This document shows, in pieces, positions 11,001-20,364 of a DNA stretch of 25,703 nucleotides. The stretch is from Trichoplax sp. H2 (lineage: Eukaryota), in the NCBI GenBank assembly GCA_003344405.1, contig NOWV01000254.1, positions 62,001 through 87,703 on the forward strand, given 5' to 3'. Position 1 is the stretch's first letter, and each line of letters opens with the position of its first letter. A program made the translations under genes and the position numbers. Under the pieces are notes generated by a model that searched no databases, was not told the DNA's origin, and was given only the letters and a program-made list of their open reading frames with translations.

Positions 11001-13414
11001 GCAAGGTATTAGTAGTTTTCAAATATTAACAAAATATATTTATGTTTTTTTAGATGCTAATGAATGTGAAAATTCTGAAATTAACACATGTAACTCAACT
11101 ATTTCAACTTGCATTGACCTGGTGGGAAAATTTGTTTGTGAATGTCGGGCGAATTATTACGCAAACAATACCAATAATGGTTGCATTGGTACGTTATTAT
11201 ACGCTTGTGTATGAGTATACTGTACATTTCTTACTTTGCTGCCTTGTTTGCTTACATTTTTTAAGTTATCGACAAGAATTATTAATTCTCTTTAACAAAT
11301 AGTTTGAGCATTTTATTTCCTTTTCGTTTATTCACATCTGAGTTTAAATTCTCATTTTATACCATATAACACAGAAAGTTCATTACGCGAACTATTTTTC
11401 TTATGTAGAACCCGATCTATGCCGAGATTTTAATAATTGTAGAAATGGAGCGACATGTCTAACTATCAATCGTAAGGTGGTTTGTAGGTATGTTGTCTTA
11501 GCTATTAAAATAGTGCACTCATACATCTAAGTGAAAATCAGGGGCTTGCATACTGATGAGTATATATCCTCTGTGAATATTAACTTAAAATGAACACTGT
11601 ATGTATAAATAGCTTTAATACTTTATTTATGAATATGTTTAGATGCAGTTTCTTGTTCAAAGGAAAGCAGTGCCAATTTTTAACCGGTAAGTTGATAAAT
11701 TTATAGATGTACCCGTCTACATGGATCGTAGTAAATTCGGAAGGTTTATTTTCGCGTATGCCTGTTTGAGTTAGAATATTTGCAATCAGTATTAATTAAA
11801 TATATAGTAGCTAGGTATCAGGTATTTATTTTAAGGTTTAGCATACGAGTGTATTGTTGCTATTATTTAATAAATAGTGTATAAACTGTAGATAATTTTG
11901 TCGTCATTAATTTGTATAATTCTATATCATCAGTAAAATTGATGACTCATTCTAAATAAAATTCATCCTAACATATAGCGCAAAAAATATCATATTTGAG
12001 TCGTAGTTTATAATAACAATATTTATCTTCTATGAAGCATAAATCAAATTGAACATAGCTATTTGCTTAAGATGATAAAGAGCAATGATAACAATGTACG
12101 ATAGTTTAAAATGCATAATTCTAGCATAATTATGTTACTATGTTAAGGCTTGTTATGGTTTGAAATTGTCTATCTGATAAAGAGAGGACATCAAACAGTA
12201 AATAAGACAAATAAAGTTTACCCATCAATTTACTTTGTGAGATCTTCTTTAAAGTAATTAAATATATACTATAGTTTTAGCATGATCATGCATTAACCGG
12301 GTTTATCAAGATTGATATCTGAATGCTGTCATAGTTAAGCTATAAGTTGGAGGAATTCATAAAAGCTAGTATCAAATATAAATTCATGCTCCAAAGGCTA
12401 CCATAATATGATCATTTCATTATTTCAATGTAGAAGGCGGAATTGTGGTATTAACTGCCTGTGGAGGTTGCATAGTTCTTATAGCTTTGGCTATCTCATT
12501 CGTTTATTACTACAAACTGGCAACACAGTAAGACTAGTTAATTATCGTAGTCATTATAGTGCTTTATAGGATTCAATTTATCTTTCTTAAATTAATTTAT
12601 ATGATATTTTAGCCCCTAAATGTGTAAATTCTAGTTAATTTATTGATTACTCATGTACAGGCCCAACAGTAAAGCAAGGTATGAAAACACCGGAAGACGA
12701 CGAAGTTTATTACCTAATTCTGATTCACCGCCATCACCACAACGTCCTTTAAGTGCTCAGTTAGGAGATGAAAATTCAGCAGCTTTAAGTGGCTCAACGG
12801 TACCTCTAACAACGAATGAAAGCCAACCGAGACATACTGGTGCATATGAAACCGTTGAAATGGTAAATATACTTGTATAGGATTTTTCTGTAGTTTAGAA
12901 GATATCTTAATTTACATATATGACTCCATAATCTGATTACGATATATTTATCTATTTCGCGGTTATTGTTAGTATATTCATGGCAAAATATAGGAGAGAA
13001 AAAAGCAATAGCTGTACCTTTTAAACTATGATTACTATGCATGAAAGCAGAAAAATTTTTTGTTCTAACAAGAAACAGCAGTACATAATACATAATTATG
13101 CTACGATAACCGACGATAGGATGTATTTAAAAAAAAATTTTGTTTATATTTATCGTATTATTATCTCAGCAATTGACATAAATTGAGTAAAATGCTTGCG
13201 AGCTAATAAATAGTATACTGTAGATAATTTCTTACTTGATTACGACATAATTGCATTCCAATAATATATAAATGATGATAGTAATCGCTTGGCTTTAATG
13301 ATCCAGATAAAGCTCAGAAGTGCAATTTGGCTCTTATAACATAACTCAATGCCTATTGTCTTATTATTTTTCTCCACATAGGCTCAATATAGCAAGCAAA
13401 CTATCGATCTGTAG
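4858..13414 (+). CDS. Gene 1: spliced EGF/SEA-domain single-pass membrane glycoprotein (transmembrane mucin, MUC13/HEG1-like architecture), 496 aa
   Basis: Manual model join(4858..5017,6087..6128,6221..6253,6354..6416,8003..8125,8265..8417,9768..9877,10095..10165,10375..10523,11054..11188,11409..11487,11643..11686,12434..12527,12661..12862,13382..13414) = 1491 nt. All introns are GT-AG, phases match and there is no internal stop. It gives a signal peptide, S/T stalk, four 6-Cys EGF modules, a SEA-like segment, a TM helix and a tail ending QTIDL*. Orthology is not established. Confidence 0.88.
5255..5850. repeat. Degenerate ~95-100 bp tandem repeat in gene 1 intron 1 (4 clear and about 2 decayed copies)
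   Basis: Marker gtagattg..cttttc.aagatcatttc at 5490, 5591, 5686 and about 5779; weaker copies near 5280 and 5380. Confidence 0.78.
6087..6128 (+). CDS. Gene 1 exon 2 (S/T stalk, 42 nt, phase 1-1)
   Basis: ccatAG|...|GTtagt; (S)SEFSSDIMTTATK. Confidence 0.7.
6221..6253 (+). CDS. Gene 1 exon 3 (S/T stalk, 33 nt, phase 1-1)
   Basis: ctgactaattgaAG|...|GTAAGT; (G)AVIQASSVTI. Confidence 0.72.
6354..6416 (+). CDS. Gene 1 exon 4 (Pro/Thr mucin-like stalk, 63 nt, phase 1-1)
   Basis: TACTAAC branch point at 6321, caacAG|...|GTtagt; (E)TIASTTVVTTMPTTQPTPAA. Confidence 0.82.
6430..7750. repeat. Degenerate ~150 bp tandem repeat in gene 1 intron 4 (4 well-conserved central copies, decayed flanks)
   Basis: Core acttgttcctagcattgctatgaaagacagcagctacattgcta at about 6682, 6830, 6977 and 7132 (spacing 148/147/155); degenerate copies near 6480, 6581, 7366, 7480, 7587 and 7693. 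Confidence 0.85.
8003..8125 (+). CDS. Gene 1 exon 5: EGF-like domain 1
   Basis: TRIPCNGQCHANATCQGSGGNERCECESSLGYYGDGITCT: 6 Cys, with the C-H-x-N-A-x-C and GY-x-GDG-x-x-C pattern; phase 1-1 with a good acceptor. Confidence 0.93.
8265..8417 (+). CDS. Gene 1 exon 6: EGF-like domain 2
   Basis: (E)NKCITNPNACGVKATCSNTSTSYFCQCKFGYYLSSTVGNHLTVKTDSSCL; 6 Cys with a long C5-C6 loop; donor GTAAGT. Confidence 0.92.
9768..9877 (+). CDS. Gene 1 exon 7: first part of SEA-like domain
   Basis: tttcAG|...|GTAAGT; (L)GLTYNGEIGFKNAYGPSYTPISNSNVTQLFSILKDM; phase 1 to 0. Confidence 0.85.
10095..10165 (+). CDS. Gene 1 exon 8: middle of SEA-like domain
   Basis: IQQVLNTNSTTKGRYHAIDLTSIG; phase 0 to 2, which bridges exons 7 and 9 in frame. 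An alternative in-frame acceptor lies 6 nt downstream (exon start 10101). Confidence 0.75.
10375..10523 (+). CDS. Gene 1 exon 9: end of SEA-like domain
   Basis: KRDPNNLLLRYLLVMKNGSDYLQPDFLSKVLKEKIRDVGPLTAIAFSFS; phase 2 to 1. The SEA call rests on the ~110 aa Cys-free alpha/beta pattern between EGFs (inference). Confidence 0.82.
11054..11188 (+). CDS. Gene 1 exon 10: calcium-binding EGF domain
   Basis: DANECENSEINTCNSTISTCIDLVGKFVCECRANYYANNTNNGCI matches the cbEGF consensus D-x-N-E-C ... C-x-D-x4-F-x-C-x-C; phase 1-1. Confidence 0.95.
11409..11487 (+). CDS. Gene 1 exon 11: juxtamembrane EGF, Cys1-Cys4
   Basis: (E)PDLCRDFNNCRNGATCLTINRKVVC(R); ends AG|GTATGT, phase 2. Confidence 0.9.
11643..11686 (+). 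CDS. Gene 1 exon 12: juxtamembrane EGF, Cys5-Cys6
   Basis: CSFLFKGKQCQFLT; tttAG|...|GTAAGT; phase 2 to 1 completes the EGF. Confidence 0.9.
12434..12527 (+). CDS. Gene 1 exon 13: transmembrane helix
   Basis: (E)GGIVVLTACGGCIVLIALAISFVYYYKLAT: about 23 hydrophobic residues followed by Lys; donor GTAAGA, phase 2. Confidence 0.9.
12661..12862 (+). CDS. Gene 1 exon 14: cytoplasmic tail
   Basis: (Q)PNSKARYENTGRRRSLLPNSDSPPSPQRPLSAQLGDENSAALSGSTVPLTTNESQPRHTGAYETVEM; overlaps ORF 12653..12880; phase 2 to 0. Confidence 0.9.
13382..13414 (+). CDS. Gene 1 terminal coding exon
   Basis: Pyrimidine tract ttattatttttctccacatAG, then AQYSKQTIDL-TAG in phase 0. Confidence 0.72.
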   Translation, partial: AQYSKQTIDL

Positions 13415-13761
13415 AAATGATGTACGTATAATATCTATCATAAGGTTACCTTAACGATATATCGATAAAGTGAATTATGGTGAAGCACCATTTTGTATTA
13501 GTAAATGATGTATTACCAACTGTTAATTCGATAATTATAATTAATGTTTGGGTTTAATGACGTGATTATCTGTTAATACGATTTTTATTAATAATCCGTA
13601 GAACGAAGACTGAAATTAATGCACTGGACAGTGAAATATTATTAAAGACTAGATAAATAGTCAAGACTTTATGGAAAGGATATTAACAAGATTACCCTGT
13701 CTGTATTTCTCGTAAAGGCAGAAAATAGCTATTAATTATTCAATGTACTATAGAGTGGATG

Positions 13762-13767
13762 AATAAA
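13762..13767 (+). terminator. Candidate polyadenylation signal of gene 1
   Basis: AATAAA about 350 nt after the predicted stop. It is weak evidence because the hexamer is common in AT-rich DNA. Confidence 0.4.
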
Positions 13768-16700
13768 GTTTACTGTATTTCATGTTAAAACTATATCGAA
13801 TTTTAACAAATTTGATTATACAAATATCTATGACTCATTCTTCTTTTTATCGCAGTTAATCGATATTAAACTGATTATTTACTAAGAGCAAGTATATCTA
13901 ATTTCAAAGGTATCAAATTGCACTACTGTAAGACAATTACGATAGTAGAATAGTAAATCGTAATTTGGTTGGTATAAGAAAATTTTCAATTTCTATAATG
14001 GCTTCAGTTCACGATGAGTTAGATATTGATATTCTCATTTCAATTAGCGTGTGTTAATTTAAGCCTTCTTAACTACTTAATCTGCTAAGCTTGGAGTATT
14101 TTTTAGTGTTGAACAATGTTAGTTTAGCTAAATTTAAAATATGAATTAAATTTTAATAGCCTATGTGAAAGAAAAGGTAAAGAAAGACACTTATCACTTA
14201 AGCTGGATATATATGAGTAAACCTATTATTTTTGCTCTTAAAAATATTCAATCTAATGCATCTGAATGCTGAGATATAATCCTTCCTACTTGGCCTTACG
14301 TATTTGCTTTCACCGAAAGGTTGCTATTATGGAGCTATTATAAAAATTGTGTAGTTTAATGGCTAATTTTTGAATTACTATGTGTGTAACTACGTGTATT
14401 TAATATTTACCAATTAATCATCATATGCAATCGTCTTCAACTTTATTAGCGCTATTGATAACATGCGGATATTATTATTATTCGTACCTATAGATACGCT
14501 ATTGATCATGACTGTAAACGTTCTTGCTTATTTACTGTAACTGTGTGCTCTTGGGATTAAATTTCCCAAATTAGATTGTGTAATATCTCTTTTGTCCAGA
14601 TTTTCAGTTAAAATTCTCTTACTTTATCAAGCTGTTTAGCCGAATAGTGTTTCATCTACAGTATCGTGATTTTATTGCTAAATTTCTAGAATTAAGACCG
14701 CTATTGGATAATTATATTCCGGTCTTCAGACTTATGTAATGGTGAATAAAAATTATACTGTATCTGAGAATCTATCTATTGTAATAGTAATGTCATGTCT
14801 ATTCATTGATCATGATTGCCTTATAGTGGTGTACTAATTGTAAGTTTGGACGTTAGCTTAAACGAATAATTCGTGTACCTTTCCTTACAATATTCTTGTA
14901 CACAAACTGTAAAAATTAGTCACGTAACCATATTTGACATAGATTCACATATGTGAAATATGAATTTGTAAAGGGATTAGATCTATAATATCCATTAGAT
15001 AGTACTGTATACAGTATGTGCAATAACTATGGTGATTTGTACTGTAGGTGTGATTCTGATAATGTAATGCTAGGTAATCCCCTATATTGATGCTGCATTG
15101 TAAACGTGTGTATAGTTTTATGAGCAATAATTTCTGCTCGTACATATGTCTATACAGGTAAATATCGTAGATTAAAACTTGAAAAATAAAACAATTTTAG
15201 CTTATGAGCTTAGAGTTAGATACAGTATCTGAAAAAACACTGAAATATGATAAGTCGCAAAATCGATATTTGTTTGCATGTCTATTCAATACAAGTGCGT
15301 TTTAAGCTCATTATGAATTTTGTTTTGATAAAATTGATCATCTGGACCTAAGGCTTTGCAAAAATTATAATCTTACAAAATTAATATGAGTGGATGCCAA
15401 TTAGTAAAATCTTTACGACGGACATGAAGTGAGAAAGTATGTTATTGTGTAAGTATAACTAGTTGCTTATGTATAGGTTACGGCCAATATCCGAAGTTTA
15501 AGAGATTATAGCTAGTATGTGTCGCTAATGATGCTAAACTAACTTTGATGCAGAGATAAAAGTGAACTAGTAACGTGCAAAACTAATTTTTATTAAAAAA
15601 TCGCCAGCATTCGTTAACATTGCTACGGTACCTAATGCATTTTAAGTTGCTAAGAAAGCAGTTTATATTACTTTCTTTATGACACCAGTAATAATAGCAC
15701 CTGATTATTTTTGAACTCCCATGCGGATTATTAATGTATACTTAGTGAATAATATGTTAAATCTTTACAATAGATAGATACCACACCCTAATCAAGTTAT
15801 TGACGTAAATATAACGATAGATATGCCTATCTGCTGTGGTAATCTTAAAAGTTACCGTAATTATTAGCAAATCTATATATATCTTCACTCCAACTACAGT
15901 AATTCGCATTCCATGGCGAATCATAACTAATTATCTACAATTCAATAGTTAACACTATTGCATGATTACGTAAAAGGAAATATACTATTTAAAATATAAT
16001 CAATGGTATAGCAATGTAATGTACAAAATACGAAATTTGTGAGATTCTTAAGTAGGTTTAATCGAGAGAAAGACCATAATACCTAAGTTAGATTGGAGAC
16101 CAGATTTCATTTATTTATGATTCTGTAATTATTGCTTGAAGCTATATCATTATCGTCTTTAAAGCATACTAATATTAAAAAGGGATTTTAGATATACGCG
16201 TATTTTAAATCATGGTACAGTATAAAAGTAATTGATGTGTCATTTGTCTAAATTGATAGGTAGTGCAAGTATTTTATGCCTAGGGCTAGGATTAAAAAGG
16301 CCTATTCTCGCAATTAATGGTAGTATCAATCACTTATATAAATCTACTGCTCCACAAAATTATTATTTCATATCTTTAAAGGAGAATGTTAAAGTATCAT
16401 TAATTGAGATGCAAATAAAAATAGGTCAATTATTTGATCTAATTTCTGAAGCTTTGCAATTGATGTTGGACCATGCTATTAATTATCAGTTCTATCTGAC
16501 ATACAATTACAAGTCCATAAATTAGGTCTTGATCAGTGATATTATTGAAGTAAAATTGTAATTATGAACGAAGATTTCGGCGTTGTATTGTTGCTTTCAA
16601 AAGCTATATTGTATTGCGATCCGGTACTTGGATAATAATTTCCTATCTCTTGTCATGATTATATTAATTCGTGAATTATGCTTAGACATGAATGTTATAA

Positions 16701-19700
16701 TGTACTATGATAGAGTAATCATTTTAGTATCTTAATCAGTTCCACTCTTGATTTTTGAATCATCTCATACATATGCTTTGGCGGGCGCGGCACCATATGT
16801 TAATTGCGATAAATGGAATATGCTGCAGCGGTGACGGACTCCACGGAAGTAGTGAACAGTGTATTTTAGGAACTATCATCACTATCCAAAATATAGGGTA
16901 CATTCAAGAATCTAATGCCACCGTCCCGTTACTTGATCCAAGATCGTTGATCTAGATAGCTACAAATAAATATTATTTTCTACTGATAAGGCTGTAATTA
17001 TCGTAATAATGATTTCTTTTCATTATTTCTCTTAGATAATAACGGGCGAGGTTGGGGTAATTATCGACGCTCATACCGTAATAGATAAACTATAGACTAT
17101 TTTTTTTAATGTTTTTGGAAATTATGATCATTAATAACAAGATTACATCAAATATGCAAGATCAATTGGAGATCAGGTTGAAATATCTAATAAGATATAA
17201 ATTTGACATAGAAGCGAGGGTACTGTATCAAAATTACAGATACTCCTATATTTTAACCAATGGATAGATACGTTACAGAGCAAGATAATTATGTAACTAA
17301 GATTCTTGGAGTTCTATCGTATAGACTATAATTTAATTATAGAATAATAATTGTTCCATAATTTAAAAGGTTGCGGTCTATTTGCTTTTCGTAACAGGGC
17401 TTTAATTAGAAATTATTTTTGATTCTACGCAAAGTTGTCTGTTTGCGGCATATTTACTCCTATTTATTATTATTCATTGGTTGTTTAATAGAGCACAAAG
17501 TCTCAGCTGGATATTTCCTAGATTGAGCTGCCTTCTCAGCCAATTGATAGTCTCGACAAGATTTTTCACGTGATGGTACACGCAGATCTCCACTGTTCTG
17601 AGAATCAATCGGGAGAGGCAGGAAAAACTGAGTTATACTTATACGTATGCTCGTTTGGCATGCATATCCATTTAAGTAGCTTAAAATTTCTTGCTAATAA
17701 CCCTTGTAGTTGTTGAACGTGTTATATTGAAACTATTGATAAAGGGAACGATAATTTATTTCTTAATAAAATTAAACAATAAATTATCAAATGATGGTAA
17801 GTACTTACTTTACCAAAGCATATATTATAGGAACTTTTAAGTTGATGTATAGCTCGCGATCCCAGAGTAAAAGTTGTATCTAGTTATTTTAGTATTCCTA
17901 CGTCAAAAATATAGATAAAGGAAATGATAATTTACTACTAACTAAAATTGGCACAATAAATTTTGCTATCAATGATTGTAGACCCGTACTTTACCGGAAT
18001 ATACACTTTAATAATTACTAGTATCGATTGCTGATGTTACTAGTATAAGCACATACATTGAAGTTGAATGATCCAATATTTAGATCTAGTTTTATTTCAT
18101 GGCTATGATAGTCATAAACATTTGATATTTTAGTTCTAGGTTGTCAATATACTTTAGTCTTACCGTGCTAACAATTTCTTTACAATAAAGTTTTAGGAGC
18201 CACGACAGTTCAACGTTGGCACTGTCATGTTATTGCAGATTATATCCTGCTATGAGCAGCATCGTATCCCGTCAGGAAAACATTTCCGTGTTTATCACGA
18301 TTTAAAACAGGCATTGCCCTGACGCTGCCAAATAAATGAGAACAAAAATCACTTCATAAAATAAAATATATCAAGATGATAAACAATAAGGAGGATTATA
18401 AAACTAGAAGCGTAAATTAGTCGGCTAATAAAGGCTGTTTGAAATCCTTTACTCTAAGTTGCTTGTAGTAGAAAATTTTTTTATCATGTTTAAATCTTGA
18501 TTGAAGTAATAATGTAATAAAAATATTTTAAGCTATATTTTATTATCTGCTAATTGCAAGATGGCTTTATAGATTAAACTATTTAAGGATAGGAACATAG
18601 TTACGATATTTCCTTATAGAATTAAATGATCGCGATATCATAATGTATGAGGAAGGAAATACAATAAAATTTTACTTTCTTATGATTAGGCATTGTCATA
18701 TTGACGGAAAGTCAAATGAGAAACAATGATTGATGATACTACTACCATATGGCTTAAAAGGCAGTTTATCGTTATTAAAGAAATTCGATATTAATATCCA
18801 ATAATTAGCTGCAGATATGATAACAAACAGAGATCGCCATGTTGCTATCAAGTTTTCTGACAGTTTCAGAAAGTATTCATCGCTGATTTAAAGAAAAACC
18901 GTACTACTATACTTTTGTCCGAGTAAGATATCCCAATCACAATTATTAATCATCACTTTGATAACAATAAGAATCGTCTGTAACTGTATTATAATTACTT
19001 AATTATATATAGTTATTGATTTACGTCATAGATAACAATCAATTGCTGAGACTCTAGCAAGTTCTCTGCTGTAATTCATGTTTTTAACAGGTGGTGATGT
19101 AGCATGTAGTAAGTGAATTAATGGAAAGGTTGATTTTAAAATGAGCCGGGTTCAGCGTGGAAGAAATTCTACTGATCTAACTTTATATAAATTTTCGAAA
19201 GCTCTGTTATATATATAAGTTCACAAAAATTATCTATGTGTAGTACTACTGGTGAGAGATACATGAACAGTGATGCCATTGATGTACAATTATTCAATGG
19301 GCGCGTATACATGATTTATTGCGCTTTAAATAAGCATAATAATAATAGATCAAAGGAATACACGGTAGACTTATGTCGTGTATCCGCTGCGCCATTGTAT
19401 CCATTATTTGCATTATAATAACTAATATAACCTACTGCTGTTATATTATCAAAATTTTACTAGAAAACAACAATCCCATCTCATATACAGTTTCATAAGT
19501 CATAACGAATTAGATACTATTTTTCCTATGTTGTCGAACTTTATTTTAAGCGTTAAATAAATATACTTCTGTATGTCCATGCATTGTTATAGAAATTCTT
19601 GTAATGTGCCAAGTTATATCGTTGTCGTTGACAATGCTTTATGATCATTGATATCAAGGGCACTAAATTTGATAATTTAACCTATGCTTAATCTGTTTAA

Positions 19701-20267
19701 TTTTACTGATAGGAAAGTTTAATTGAGCGCTAGATCAGCAGACGAAATTATTTTTCTTTTTAGAATGACGCAGATCGATAGCGATTTTCATAGCATGCCA
19801 TTGTGATTACTCACCACTAATATCAAGCTAACAGGTTGTAGGGATGTTTGAGTTCAGCATGGGGCCTACAGAGGAGGAATGATGAGCCTAAATACATATA
19901 AAGCACAAAAGTTAGATTTGGTTCTAGACAATAAGGCACGACGACGTCTGAACCTATCATTAAAACATGAAAAATAGAATGCAGTTAGGAGTAGTTAAGC
20001 CACTAACATACTCATACAGTACATAGAGTTAAACTGATGAAACTACACGATTAATGAATGATAATTGTGGTATTAAATGACAATAGTTGAAGCTATTAAC
20101 AATGATGTGAAGGGAAATCACTTAGACTCTATTTGTCGCATCATAAAGTATAATTTACGAGTGAATTATACTGACGTTGGTTACCAAGTTTAGTCATTTA
20201 TGATGGGCAGGCAAGAATTGAAATCTTGTCTAGTTAACAGGTAGAATTTATCTAAAATTGAGAAAAA

Positions 20268-20364
20268 ATGAAGAAAAATTCTGTGTCCATCTTCCAATCG
20301 CCATTATTAAAGCTCTTTCTGCACATAATTTTGATATCGCTATGCCTACCTAGCCCAACTTTAG
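20268..20364 (+). CDS. Gene 2 signal-peptide exon
   Basis: MKKNSVSIFQSPLLKLFLHIILISLCLPSPTL(G): basic N-region, hydrophobic core, likely cleavage after TLG; perfect donor AG|GTAAGT, phase 1. Confidence 0.75.

Noticed and set aside
12806..13093. Minus-strand ORF, 95 aa (likewise 11054..11302, 9221..9409, 5144..5338, 5478..5672, 21682..21894)
   Set aside because: These are intronic, off-frame or repeat-derived ORFs overlapping the spliced gene models, with no independent coding signal.
12835..13400. ITAM/ITIM reading of YETV...YSKQ in the gene 1 tail
   Set aside because: The second Tyr lacks the +3 L/I, the spacing is too short for an ITAM, and the -2 residue (G) does not fit ITIM/ITSM.
4858..13414. 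Assigning a gene symbol (MUC13, HEG1, Notch/Delta, fibrillin)
   Set aside because: Only the domain architecture is similar. There are no DSL, LNR, ankyrin or TB domains, and orthology needs a phylogeny.
14000..16700. Intergenic stretch including ORFs 14945..15145 (-) and 16232..16525 (+)
   Set aside because: No recognisable coding, RNA-gene or transposon signal by eye.
16922..16951. Minus-strand peptide INDLGSSNGT resembling the FHA-domain DLGSxNGT motif
   Set aside because: A stop follows five codons later, the donor (GTGGCA) is poor, and I found no exons supplying the FHA GR or SRxH motifs.
17491..17700. GC-richer patch with an open + frame (IELPSQPIDSLDKIFHVMVHADLHC...)
   Set aside because: No recognisable product and no consistent exon chain; it cannot be supported as CDS.
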